Assembly: GCF_006345805.1 (NCBI RefSeq)
Contig: NC_043019.1
Location: 15,685,360-15,749,359 of the forward strand
Direction of reading: 5' to 3'
DNA: 64,000 bases
From: Octopus sinensis
Taxonomy: Eukaryota
Part shown: positions 1 through 14,184 of the stretch, piece after piece
How positions within the stretch are numbered: the first letter of the stretch is position 1
Layout of the letters: every line of letters begins with the position of its first letter
Made by a program: the position numbers and the translations under genes
Notes under the pieces: model-generated
What the model saw: only the letters and a program-made list of their open reading frames with translations
Told to the model about the DNA's origin: nothing
Databases searched by the model: none

Positions 1-1130
1 TCTGATTCCAACCATCATTACCATTTTCTGGTGTCAGGTTCCATGCATGACTGTCATGGCAGCACCAATATTTCTAAATTGTTCACAAAAAAAAAGGAAA
101 AAAAAACCAAAATAGCAGACAAACAGACACATTCTGTGTGAATCAAACTTCCGTTCCAGAGAATTCTCATTACATTATTCTTGATATTTTCCTGAGAACA
201 ATTACATTGAAATAGTTTCGACGCTATTTGGTATTAAAAGTGGTTTACCGTTTTTCTTTTGTGTATTTTTTTTCCCTTTCTTGCTTTTCTTTTTCTTTCT
301 TTTTCCTAAAATTTACATTGCACTTTGACATTTTACTAGGATTTTTGGTAATGTTTTGGAATATTTCGTTTTAGATGCTATCCACTTACACTGGTTGTGT
401 AATGATAATGTCGATAGTGGTGGGGGTGGTTGCAACAATGATGCAATTATTATCATTATTATTGATTTCAAATCCTGCTGAGGTCACTTTTACCTTTCAT
501 CCTTTCAGAGTCAATAAAATAAGTACCAGTTGAACACTGGGGTCAATGCAAATGATTTACTCCTTCTCCCAAAATTTTGGGCTATGTACCTATAGTAAAA
601 AAGATTATTATTATTATTATTATTATTACTACTACTACTGTTGTTAATTCTGTCAAGATTGACAATGCCTTTCATCTTTTGGCAGGGATGGGGGTGGGGA
701 TCGATAAAATAAGCACTAGTTGAGCATTAGGGTTGATGTAATCAACTTGTCTATCCTCCAAGATTGCTGGCGTTGTGCCAAAATTTGAAACCATTATTAT
801 TATTATTGATTTCAAATCCTGCAGAAGTTGACTTTGCCTTCCATTATTATCATTATTGTCATTATTATTATTATCATCATCACCACCACCACCACCGCAA
901 CTATCATCATCATCATTCTTAGATTCTGACTGTGTTGTATTTTTTTCTCAATGACTTTGATTTGAATTTCAGTTTTGCACCTATATTTGAACAGCCTGAT
1001 TGTGAGGAGAGGTAGGTTTTACGTTACCTCCCACTCCCATAAACAGTTACCACCCTCCCATGTTTCATCACCACCAATTTATCTTTTCTTGTCTTTTTCA
1101 CATAACATACATTTATATATCTACATACAC

Positions 1131-1162
<32 letters not shown>

Positions 1163-1853
1163 ATATAATATATATATATATATAATTTATTTTTTGCTAA
1201 TCCAGTTGATTGTTACTCTACAGTTTCTCTGGTGTCTTATTGTTTCATCAGAGAGAATTAACTGGATTTATTTAATTCTGTTTGATGAACCAAATGGACA
1301 TCAGAAAAACACCAGAATAATGACACCTGCTGGGTCAGTCAGTTATTACATTCTACTGCAGTACTGAGTACATATTTTGTATCTTTTTTGACAACACCAA
1401 TTTTCTGTGTGTGTGTGTGTAAAATTATTTAATGTACACAGCATAAAGAGATCAGCTACTAATAGAGATACAAAGTGTGTTATAAAAACCTGCCCAGACA
1501 CATGTCTTTACAGCAAGAAACTATTAGCAGCTTGTATCTTTATGCTGTGTACATTAAATTATAGTTATCTCTCACTGGATGGAGTACTTTTTTTTGTTGA
1601 TCGTACCTTAATAGAACAGTAAGCTATATATATATACATATATATATATACACACACACACACATACATATAATGTCAGCTACATGAAATTCTGACTCCC
1701 TATCATTCTTCATGTAAAAATTTAATAAAAAGTAATGAGTAAATTCTTCAGTTTCATGTTAGCATGACAAAAACAAACATTAGTGTGTGTATATTATAAT
1801 CAAATAGACTCCAATGGGGCTGATATTGTGAAATCAATAAAAGGAATACAGTG

Positions 1854-1904
<51 letters not shown>

Positions 1905-2319
1905 GATAGATAGATAGAGAGAGAGAGATACAAACTGTCATAAGGATGTGCATGAAATAGTAATATTGATGGTATCAATGTCTAACCATATTTTCCCATG
2001 AGCTGCAGTTGAAGTTCATTTGAGGAAGGTAGCTTTGAACCGTCTCTTTTGAATGAAGACTACAGAAATTAGTCCCTGGTATACAATTGTTATGTTGGTC
2101 TTGGTGCTGAGGTGATTGTAGAAAACATCAACTCGGTATTAGGATTGTGATTCTTAAACCTAGACTTGTTAATCATAAATGTGCCTGGAGGTTATCTATG
2201 AAGTTTATGGACAATTAATTGCTCAACGGCTTATGTTATTCATAGCTCCATTTTCCTAAATTATATTCCAAACAAGAAAATCTTGGTTTGGAATATAATT
2301 TAGTAAGACAGAATTCCTG

Positions 2320-2660
2320 ACAACCAGTGGGAAAACCTGGTGTTTTTGTAACAAGCTCCACAACATTTGGCAATCAAATATTTCAAAGTCAGTAAGGCCG
2401 GCCTTCTTCACTCTGTAGAGTGCATTCTTCTCTATGGTGCCAAAGCGTGGATTATGAAGAAGTTTCATGATTGATTTGATTGTATTTACATCAGCATCTC
2501 ACCAGGGCTCAAAAGCATTCATGGTTTGAACTCTCAAGACCAAAAGGGAGAGATTTATAAATACACTCTGCCCATCTCTACTGTTGTTGCTGGCCACTGC
2601 TATTATGCTGAACATCTAATCATGTTGAATGTTATATTTTGGAGACTTATACATTCCAGT
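2320..2660 (+). mobile_element. Degenerate RTE-clade LINE ORF2 C-terminal fragment
   Basis: Frameshifted translation NKLHNIWQSNISKSVR...SVECILLYGAKAWIMKK...VAGHCY fits the RTE post-RT pattern (VESILLYGxExW ... FAGHC). Confidence 0.65.
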
Positions 2661-3403
2661 AGAGTGTGAAAACCATTCAGTACTTGATTTAATGGCAATT
2701 AAGGCACAATTATTCACCGCAAAAATGTCTCAAAAAATTACTCTGAATCCTAATAGGTGAAGTTGGGCCTCCCATAAACTAATTTTGTCTTCACTCACCT
2801 GTATATATGTTGCTGGAATCAGGGTTGCATTTGATGTACCTGTGTGTCTTTGATGCCATCAAATATGTTATTAACAGAGAACCACTACATGAAATTGAGG
2901 GTCAACTGATGCTAATAAGGGACAAAGATTCCTGATGTGCTATGATGAAATGCATCGTGATTGCAACCACTTAAAGTGAAGTGATATCTATTCCAAACCA
3001 ATAGTTTTAAAGTTAATTGCATTACAAAATCCCTTCATATTCGTGATCCTTTTTAAGATCATCTGTCAAACATTGATAGAGTACATGATTAAGAAATACA
3101 GTTACAAAGTATTGTAACTCTACTTCATTGAATATTTATAACAATATAAATTGTTAAAGTGTTTCTGATTCCATTTTATCCTTTGTTTTTATATACTTTC
3201 CTTGTTTTGCTCCGTTAGAATTTCATCTGACAAATGAATTTCAAAAAAAGTTCCTGATGATTCTTCGTCTCACTCCCTTACTTTTTCATCCCCCTTTTTA
3301 TCTCCTGTTTTGTTTAAACTCTAATCCCCAAAGATTGGGGGAAGAAGAAACCCTCCAATTTTTCACATTTGAGTTCAATATATTTTGAAATGTGTGGTAA
3401 GTG

Positions 3404-3451
<48 letters not shown>

Positions 3452-3525
3452 TATATTGTTAACATTATTATTATTCATTTATAAAGATTGACATAACTCT
3501 TTAATCGCATCAGGATTTTATTTTA

Positions 3526-3558
<33 letters not shown>

Positions 3559-4891
3559 GGTGGCAAGCTGGCTGAGTCATTAGCACACCAGGCAAAATGC
3601 TTAGAAGCTTTTTGTCCATCCTTATGTTCTGAGTTCAAACTCTGCTGAGGTCGACTTCGCTTTTCATCCTTTCAGGGTCAATAAATTAAGTACCAGTGAA
3701 ACACTGGGGTTGTTGTAATTGTCTAGTCCCCTTCCTCTAAATTTCAGGCCTTGTGCCTACAGTAGCGAGGATTATTATTATTATTATCATTATTATTATC
3801 ATTATTATTATTATTATTATTATTAGTGAGCAGGCAGAATCGTTAGCATGCCGAGCAAAATGACAAGCGGCATTTCATCCATCTTCATGTCCTGAGTTCA
3901 TATTCTGCCGAGGTCAACTTTGTTTTTCATTCTTTCGGGGTCAATAAAATAAGTATCCGTTGAGCACTGGGGTCGGCCTCATGCCTTATCATAGAGAGGA
4001 TTATTATTATTATTACAATAATCCCACATGTATATTGTAGATACATATATATACACACACACACACATATATATATATATACATGCATATATATATATGT
4101 GTATGTAAATAAATTTGCTTGTCTGTGTATGCCTGTGTGTGTGATTGCATGAGATAGACAGTTATATATATAGAGCAAGAGAGGATGAGGGAATTTATCT
4201 GGAGGTTTTAAAATATAATGGTTATCAGTAATTAATAGGCCATGTTAATTATGATTTCTGAAACGTGTCTTCTTTAACAGCTCTGTGACAATTAGGGTCT
4301 ATTCTAATTAATTTTAGTCATGCATTCACTAATGATTGAAAACTCTCCCTTTATGTATATGCATGTGTGTGTGTGTGTGTATATATATGTATGTATGTAT
4401 TTATTCGTATATATGTGTATATATATATAAGTGTTAACTACCATATTTATCTTAGTCTTATATAATTTATGCAAGAAATTTTATACAAGACTTCTGGGTG
4501 AAAAGTGTAGTAGTGGGAGAACTAAATTCATATTTGAGTGCAAAATAAAAACGGTGAAAAGATAAAATATAACTGATTTTTAGGCAGAAAACTGAAATTT
4601 CTAGGCACAAAAATTGCCTGAGATTGCATTGTGCTTAAAGTAAGTAATTACATCAAGCTTTTTTCATTGAATTCTTTTTTTCTTGTTTCTCATAAATATA
4701 TATATAGAGAGAGATGTACTCGCATAGCAAGTGATTTGATCTGAGATCGTGAGCTGAAAAGAAAACAATTGCAGCGTGGAAGGTGTTTGTAAGCCATTTA
4801 AGAAACACACAAAAGCCGTTCGATTCACTTCAACATTTAAGTTTAGTTTGTCAAAATATTTTCGCGACCTGTTCACTGACAAAAATCCGTG

Positions 4892-4892
<1 letters not shown>

Positions 4893-4969
<77 letters not shown>

Positions 4970-4978
4970 TATATATAT
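4893..4978. repeat. (TA)n microsatellite
   Basis: Nearly pure TA run. Confidence 0.95.
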
Positions 4979-6156
4979 CCACACACACAAAAAAAAAAAC
5001 GGAATGAGAACAAAGACATTGCATGAAATGCAATAGCAACACAATGTGTGGAAGGCTTATCTCAGGCATGGCTGTGTCGTTAAGAAGCTTGCTTGCCATC
5101 ATCGTTTAAAGTCCATTTCCTCTGCTGGCATTGGTTGGACAGTTTGACAAAGAGCTGGCAAGCTGGAGAGCTGCACCAGCCCCCATTCATCTAATTTGGC
5201 AAGGTTCCTATGGCTTGATGCCCTTCCTAATGCCAACCACTTTATAGAGTGTACTGGGTGCTTTTTATGTGACACCGGCATCAAAGCTTTTTGTGTGACT
5301 CCAGCATGGGTGCTCTTTGCATTGTGCCAGCATATGTGCTCTTTGTGTTGCCCCAACATGGGTGCTATCTGTGTTGCGCCAGTACAGTTGCTTTTTACAT
5401 GGCACCAGCATAGGTGCTTTTTACATATGTTATCTTTTGCTGACCCACTCAGTTACGGGAACACGAACAAACCAACACCAGTTGTCAAGTGGTAGTGGGA
5501 GTCACACACATACACACAACAGTCTTCCACATACTTTCTGCCTACCAAATTCACTCACAAAGCATTGGCTGAACCAGGGCTAAGATAGTACGAGACACTT
5601 GCCCAAGGTGCCACACAATGGAACTGAACACTGAACCTGAAACCACAGACTTAGCAAACTTCTTAACCACATAGCCCTGCACACAGTCTTGTCGAATATT
5701 TCACCAGCTTTCACACTCGTATTCCATAAATTGATCTTGGCTGTTGAAAAACCATTTCAATTGACCAAACCAATAGGTTTCAACTTATAGATTAATATTA
5801 TTATAGAAATAAAAAAGATTCTTCCAATATTGAAATGGAATAGTTTATTTCTTGAGAATATCAATGATATTTCTTTTCTTTTTTTCTATTATTTTATAGC
5901 CAATTTCCTTGTTTTTACTCAAACAATTTCACAAATGTTAATGCGCAAGTCTTTAAGACACTTCTGCTTGTTGTGAGGCATTCCAATATCAAATAATCTA
6001 AGTGGTTAAATCTGATTTCTTGTGAATTACAGAATATATTTGCATCACCAGGATGAGGTGTCAGTGTGAAAAAAGGCTAAAACATGAAGATTTCTCAAGG
6101 TGGTTGCAGGTGGGGAGAACAGGCCAGATCTTAATCAAAAGATTTTGCTTCAGTAA

Positions 6157-6331
6157 CCCTTTAGCATTCAGATTTTTCTATCAAATTAATACTTATTCAT
6201 CCACATTGTTTTAAATTAATCATACGTTTTATTGCAGCTTTGAGATTTTCATGATGTGATTGTTTACCTTTAGAATGACATTGTAGCATAGGTGTGAGAG
6301 GCCAGACCTGGCCAGTTTAAAGGTTGAAGGG
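6157..6331. mobile_element. piggyBac-like MITE, second family
   Basis: CCCTTTAGCATTC ... GAAGGG|TTAA. Related copies at 42725-42956 (interrupted by a SINE) and about 56925-57090. Confidence 0.6.
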
Positions 6332-8085
6332 TTAAACATGTATTGAGATAAAAAAAAAAAAGAGACAGGCTCCTAGTGCAATTTGAACCATGAACCTAAT
6401 GTTTGTTTGGTAGTTATGTTAGCTTTTACACTTGAAAGTGCCTGCCACTTTATACAATGAGGGAGAGACCTCTGTAGGGTAGGTAGATTTGTATTATACC
6501 ATACTGTTTTTTGTATGTATGAGCTGGTAAGGAAGACCTTTACATAGGATCTAGTCCTTAGAGAAATAGCAGCTAAACAACACATTATTGTTGTAGGTGG
6601 GTATGTGGGGGTGAGGGCAATGAAGGCGACCTCTATTTTGGAGCTAGAACTCTTAGAAATAGCAGCCAAATCTCCCCCAAGTCATACCCTATTGTTTCAC
6701 GTGTGTGTGTGTGTGTGTATGAGTGAGCCAATGCGAAATCTCTAATTGGTCATGAGATCTGCTAGAAATAACTGCAAAGTATCCCTAGAGCCATATTCAA
6801 TTATCTTTAATGCTTTTAAAAAAGAAGGATACATTATGTTGGATATGTAGTCTTCAATATAAAAGCAGATTATCTTAAGGCCTGCTCTATGATGGCAGAT
6901 CTTGTACTAAACCAGCACAACAATAATCTTTTAGAATTAATTACTATAAAAAATTGTCCGTTTTCTCCTCAACTCAGTTTTATAATGTTGAATATTAATT
7001 TACAGGAAATTCTTAGCAATTAATTCATAAAGATCTATTTTTAATTATTTGTTAATTTGTAAAAATTTGGATTGAGTAATTTTAAGCAGGTAAAATTAAA
7101 ATATTATAATTTAGCCACAAGAAGTGTCGCAGACTGGAAACCATTCTGAAATTCTTCTGTGTCTAACGATTCTGCCAGTTCGCCGCCTTATACGAGGCCT
7201 AAAATTTCAGGGGAGTTGTTAAGTCGCTTACATCAACCCCAGTCTTCAACTGGAAGTTATTTTATCAACCCCAAAAGGATGACTGGTAAAGAGTCAGCTT
7301 CAACGGAATTTGAACTCAGAACATAAAGATGGGGGAAATGCTGCTTAGCATTTTGCCCAACATGGTTAAGATTCTGCCAGCTCACTGCCTTAATAATAAT
7401 AATGACAACAACAATAATAATGATCATAATACTTGTGGCCTTGTGTCTATATTAGAAATCGATATCGTTTAATGTACGATGATGCGATGATGTCTGAAAA
7501 CATGAGTTTCAGGTTTTTGTGTTTGATTACAACAGCTCTTCGGTTTTCTTTCATCCACTTTTGGAGTGAAAAGACCTGGAAAAAATCTGTTAATTAAAGT
7601 TCCAGAGAGTCTGTTATTATGATCAATAGATAGATATCCCTTTTATAACATCCAGAAGAAAAAAAATAAAGTAAAATGAAATAAAATAAAATAAGACCAA
7701 ACAAAAAGCTGTAATATTCTTATGATGGTAAGTTATTCCTCCTCCAAATCCTTCTTTGCTGATCTAAGATACTTTGAACTTATATTCGGTAAAATTTTAC
7801 ATTTGTTCATTCACAAAGTTGCTTCATAGCATTATTTACTACAATCACCATTTAATTTCATTCATTGATCACGTCGATAAATTTTGTAGCAGTATCTCTG
7901 TAAAAATCTGCCTCCTACTTCATGCGTTCTTCTTTCGATCCCAATCTCACAGCGGAAGCATTGTTCATGTTTTGATAAGCGCTACATTGAATATGTGTAA
8001 TTCTTTGTTTGTTGGCATCTCAGTAGATCAAAGATCAATAAACTGTATATCTTGAGCACTGCAATCCTTCTTAGATTTTTCAATA

Positions 8086-8250
8086 AGTAAGTACCATTGT
8101 GAGGATGTTTAAGATTGGTTAGAGTATGCGAAACACCACTGGTTTGTTATTGATCTGATGATAATGTAAAGTCTACTAGTGACTTCTTGTCTAGTGTTGC
8201 TTCTGTTGCTGTTTCTAACCATCTTCGTTTCTCAAAGACTGCTCTACTTG
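8086..8250 (+). repeat. 165-bp direct duplicate, copy 1
   Basis: Matches 10070-10234 with 2 mismatches. Confidence 0.95.
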
Positions 8251-8374
8251 AATCTTTAACATGACACCATTTTCCAACAACAACAACAACAACAACAACA
8301 ACTAGCTTGATCTTGATGCTGTTGAACTTTTTGAATAGGGAACACGAGATGGAAGCTATGTATTAATATTAGTA

Positions 8375-8840
8375 GGGTGGCGAGCTGGCAGAATCGTTAG
8401 CGCACCCAGGCGAAATGCTTAGCGGTATTTTGTCTGCTATTACATTCTGAGATCAAATTCCGCTGAGGTCGACTTTACCTTTCATCCTTTTGGGGTTGAT
8501 TAAATAAGTACCAGTTATGCACTGGGGTTGATGTAATCGACTTAATCCCTTTGTCTGTCCTTGTTTGTCCCCTCTATGTTTAGCTCCCTATGGGCAATAA
8601 AGAAATAAATATTAGTAGTTGTTAAGGTGGAGGGCTGGCAGACTCATTAGCATGCTGGGCAAAATGCTTAGCAGCAGTTCATCCATCGTTACATTCTGAG
8701 TTCAAATTCCACCAAGGTTCACTTTGCCTTTCATCTCTTCAGGGTTGATAAAATAAGTACCAGTTGAACACTGGGGCCATTGTAATCAACTTAACCCCCT
8801 CCACCGAAAGTGCTGGCCTTGTGCCAACAATTGAAACCAA
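8375..8840 (+). mobile_element. Two tandem family A SINEs
   Basis: Two bodies separated and flanked by AATATTAGTAG(TTGT) repeats. Other family A copies lie at about 3557-3970, 14327-14530, 35745-35950, 38895-39340(+) and 7165-7390, 24995-25195, 27665-27930, 34630-34830, 41150-41535(-). Confidence 0.85.
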
Positions 8841-10069
8841 TATTAGTAGTTGTCCGATCCGATGATGTGGACATAGGCTTTCTTTATTTATGTCTGAAGA
8901 TATCGAAATATCTTTCCTGTTGATATCCAGCTGACTGAAAGATCAATTAACATATTCAAATACTTCAAACATCGTACAAAGCACAAGAATCAATCCCAGC
9001 AATCATAGTGATTTCTTACTTCTTCTCAGCCATTACTATCCGATAATTGTGTCTCTGTAGTTAAACATCCTATAAACACTGTTTGTTATTTAAGGAAAGT
9101 AAAACATTATTTCTATTTAGAATGGTTATCAATTAAGGTATTAGTCTGTGTGTTTTTAATTTGCTTCCTGGTGGAAATAGTAGGGACAGTTTTGACCTGG
9201 AGATATGTCTGCAGTATCACCTATGACAGAACAGTATTCTGGGATGATACTGTCCAGGGATGTTGGCATTATGAAGAGCATCCAGCCATAGAAGTCATGC
9301 CAAAGCAGTCAATAGACCCTAGAGCAGTTCTCTAGCTAGCCAGCTCCTGTCAAACCATCCAACCCATGCCAGCATGGAAAACAAACATTAAATGATGATA
9401 ATAATAATGTGTTTAAGACTAGATTACTTGTTGCATCCTTTCTCTTATTTTTAAGGTGGTATGGTGTGATTTCAGGAAAATCTGGCTGTTATTTCTATAT
9501 TTCTAGCAGTAGGAGCTACAGTAGGGACCATGTAGAGAGCGCAGTCTTATTATCTTATCTTCATATTTTGTATATACTTTTATTCTTATACTACAAGAGT
9601 TCAGTAGAAGGATATGTCTGATGTATATTTTGTGGTATTGAAACTCTGGCATTAATAATCAAGCCAATACAATGATTAGCCTCTATAAACACTGACTTCA
9701 TATTTTAATTGAAAGCTGAAGTGAAAAGAATAAAAAGAAGCCCAATAAATTATTCTCCAGAATAATTCAGCAATTACAGTTATTTTGTGATTATTTAACA
9801 TCAACGTAAAATACTTTATCATTACAACTTTACATTAAATGTTTATAAGTGTGGTAGGGAGTTAATAAGATTATCATTTTTGTTGGTCATTAATCTAATT
9901 TTTAAAGATTAACCAATTTTTAAAAATATTTACATCTGTAGTATTTTCTGGTTGGTTTAATGTATGGTTGTCATCAGGTGTCTTATTTATGAATGTTGTA
10001 CCAAGCTGGATTTGAATTAGAGATTTTTATTTTACACAAAAAAAAAAGCACCTGTGCCAAATGGTATCG

Positions 10070-10234
10070 AGTAAGTACCATTGTGAGGATGTTTAAGATT
10101 GGTTAGAGTATGCGAAACACCACTGGTTTGTTATTGATCTGATGATAATGTAAAGTCTACTAGTGACTTCTTGTCTAGTATTGCTTCTGTTGCTGTTTCT
10201 AACCATCTTCATTTCTCAAAGACTGCTCTACTTG
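10070..10234 (+). repeat. 165-bp direct duplicate, copy 2
   Basis: Matches 8086-8250 with 2 mismatches. Confidence 0.95.
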
Positions 10235-13200
10235 TGATGAATATGGGAGTGGTTTCCCATTGTCTTCTCTAGACAGGTGAGATTTGAACTCAGAGTGTAG
10301 AGAGCCAGAAGATATACCATAAAGCGTTTCTACTGATACACCAACATTTCTGCAGCTCTCCTGCCCACAAAGCAACTTCAGATGAAGTGTTTTGCTCAAG
10401 GACACAATGTGTTGCCCACTCCAGAAATCGAACTCATGACCTGGTGATCACGAGTGCAACATCCTAACCACCAGGCCATGCAACTTCACATAGGTGTAAA
10501 AACTGTAAATATATACGATAAAGATGACTGGTTCAAATCCAGCTTGGTTCTGTGTACACATCCAGGAATAAAACACTGATGAGAATCAGAGATCAAACTG
10601 ATCGAATCATAATGTGAATGCGAATATTTAAAAGCATCATTTCATCAGTAATGATGAGGTTAATTAATTTGCGAAATTATAATCTTATTACAAGTTTCTA
10701 ATTATTAGTGAAACATTGCCAAAATATTGTCAGTCGTTTAATAAGGACAAATCTTGACATAAGATAATGCTGCGCACACCACAGATGCATCTCTCCTCTG
10801 CTTTCCTCAGTTGATCTCTTCTTACATTCAACATATCAATATCCCTACTTCCTTCTCTGACCACTATTCTACCTCTCTCTCTCTCTCTTCCTTTCTCTCC
10901 TCCCTCTCTCTCTTGGATCTGTAATATCCCCAGTAGCATTTCATGCGAGTACTTGGCTAACAAAATGCCTAAAGGGGAGTACACCCCATTATAGTAGACG
11001 TCATTAATTAACCACTTTTTGAATCAATAATTAATTAATGATAATTAAACAGTCTGTAAATCCAAGGATTACATAACAACAAGGTGTAGTCCATCTTATT
11101 ACAGGCTGAGTAATGGTAAATGAATAAGGAATGAAGAGATTGTTATGTTATGTGGTGACTGTTTCTATGAGAATGGTTATTTATTGATTATTTATATGTA
11201 ACATATGTATGTGTGTATATCATATATCAATAAGCCAACAAGATTCTATATGGTCGCTCAACTTGCTAGATATAGCAACCAAATCTTCCTCAAATCATGC
11301 CTACTGCCTTTAAAATTGGACACAGTGGAGATTATAGTCATCATCATCATCGTTTAACATCCATTGTCCATGCTGGTATGGGTTAGACAGTTTGACCAAG
11401 GCTGGTAAGATGTGGGGCTGTACCAGACTCCAGTCTGATTTGGCATGGTTTCTATGGCTGGATGCCCTTCCTAATGCCAACCACTCTGAAAGCGTAACTG
11501 GTGCTGTTATGTGCCACTGGCATGGATGCTAGTTGCATGATACCAGTATCTGCCACGACTACGATTTCACTGGGTTTGATGGATCTTCTTCTCAAGCACA
11601 GCATATTTCCAAATGTCTCAATCATTTGTCATTGCCTCCCAGAGGCCCACATGCTCACACACATGATGGGCTTCTTTCAGTTTTCGTTTTCCAAAATCCT
11701 CTCACAAGGCTTTGGTCAACTTGACACTATAGTAGAAAACACTTGCCCAAGGTGCTGCACTGTGGGATTGAACCCAAAGCCATGTGGCGGGGAAGCAAGC
11801 TTTTTAACCACACAGCCATGTCTGCACCTATATAATTATTTTTATCTTTTAATCTTTTACTTGTTTCCAACATTGGACTGTGGCCAAGCTAGGGCACTGC
11901 CTTGAAAAACTTTAGCCAAACGAATCAACCCTAGTACTTCTTTTTTTTGAAGCCTAGTATTTGCTCTATCAGTCTTTTTTGCCAAACCACTAAGTTATGG
12001 AAATGTAAACAAACCAACATAATCACGAAGCACATACACACAAACGCATGATAAGCTTCTTTCAGTTTCCGTCTACCAAATCCATTCACAAAAGCTTTGG
12101 TCAGCCCGAGGATATGGTAGAAGACACTTGCTCAAGGTACCATGCAGTGGGACTGAACCCAGAACCATGTGGTTGTAAGAAGCAAGCTTCTTACCACACA
12201 ACCATGCCTGCACCTATCTGAACTTCAGTGAGAGTTTTTTTTATACATATATATATTTTTAGAAGTGATTTAATTAAAAAGAAAAATTATTAAAAGTACC
12301 AGGATATACTTAACCCTAAAATAATATACTTAAACCCAGAAAAAAACAAAAAAACAAAAGAAGACAAAAAACACAACAGGAGAATACGTTGAAGAATTTA
12401 ATTAAAAACTATTAATATTATCATCAAATTATCATCGTTATCATTCTCATGATTATCATTATCAAATTTATTTACCATTTTTCTCAATTACTTACTGGAA
12501 TGAAACAAAAGTAGCATCGTGTTCTGCATAAAATATTCCGATGTTGACCCAATCACATATTGGATTGGCTTTCTTGGTTCTGACCCATTTTTTTTTTATG
12601 TTGGGTAGCAAAAATAATGAGATAGTTCTTCATCTTTAACTGGCATTGGTGATGCCAGTTCTATGTAGAACAGATCTATTGATTCCTCTTCAATAATTAA
12701 ATCATTCTTTCCTTTTCTGTTTTCTGGGCTTTTTTTTATATGTGTGTGTGTATGTGTATTATATTTGTAATTGTTTTTCCTTTTTATTTTGTTTGTGCGT
12801 GTGTGTAACATGGATCTAAATATATTTCTTCTTACCAAAAGTAAATTTATAACGAGCTTTAGAATTAACGATATAATTAGTATTGTTGAGATGTATTCTA
12901 ACATCCTTTTAAACTCACATGATTCCATTGTTTGCTGCTGTTGTTGTTGATGATGATGATGATGATGGCTCTGCCCCCACCCTGGTGCTTTTTTTGATCA
13001 ATCAAACCTCTGGTCAAAGACTTTCTCACTATAACTATTCCATCATGCTTTTTTAAATTATTATTATTTTTTTTTTTGGTTTTTTTTTTGCATTTTTTAG
13101 GCATAGTGTATCTAGGGCTACCTGATTTAACGTGTCTTTCTATTTTTGAAGACAGCAAGATGTGGTAATTTGAGGAAAATTTGGTTACTATTTCTGGCAG

Positions 13201-13980
13201 ATAAACAGACTACATAGAAGCTTCCTCATTGACTTGTTTTGCTACGGGTCAGCATTGATGAAGTTGAACTCTGGTCGAGGACACTCCAACCATGACTGTC
13301 TCCTCTATTTCAGACATAGAATAATTAGGACTGCATAGACTAATGTATCTTTGTTTTTAACAACATAATCATCATCATATCTTCTAACATCCGTTTTCCA
13401 AGTTGGCATGGGTTGGACAGTTTGACAAGGAGGTGGCCAGCTGGAGAGCTGCACCAGGCTCCAGTTGTCTGCTTTGGCATGGCCTCTACAGCTCGATGCC
13501 CTTCCTCCTGCCAACCACTTTACAGAGTGTACTGGGTGCTTTTCATGTGGCACCAGCAGGGGTGCTTTTTAGGCAGTTGTGGAATAACAGAATTCTGAAA
13601 GAATGCATTGCTGTAATCATTCTAACTCATTACATTCTGTGTTCAAATCCCACTAAGCTCAACTTTGCCTTTCATCCTTTTGGGGTCAATAAATTAGAGT
13701 AACACTCAAGTGATAGGGTTGATAGTATCAACTAACTGCCCCTCCTTAAAAATGCTGGCCTTGTGTCTGAATTTGGAAACATTTATATTTATGACTGCAG
13801 GGATGACTAGGTGGTAAAGAAATTTGCTTCCGAATCTTGTGGTTTTAGGTTCAGTCCCACTGTATGCAGGGCACTTTGGGAAAATATCTTCTACTCTATC
13901 CTTGGGCTAACAGGAGCCTTGGGAGGGGTTTTACTTTATAGTAATTGAAAAAAACAAAAACTGATACATATATATATATA

Positions 13981-14184
13981 CCGGAGTAAACACATAAATG
14001 TGAAACAAGGTGGAAAAAAGAGTACTCAAATACCAGTGGTAGAGTAATATGCTTTATTTAAAGCAGCAGAAAATTCAACAAAACCGTTCATCGGACAGGT
14101 TTTGCTAGAACAAACTGTCCGATGAACAGCAACGGGAAACTCAGAGTAACAGATTTTGTTGAATTTTCTGCTGCTTTAAATAAA

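Noticed and set aside
1283-1367. Possible box C/D snoRNA (TGATGA...CTGA)
   Set aside because: Box C lacks the leading purine, there is no terminal stem, and I see no evident guide complementarity.
8086-10234. LTR/TRIM interpretation of the 165-bp direct repeats
   Set aside because: No TG..CA termini, primer-binding site, polypurine tract or TSD.
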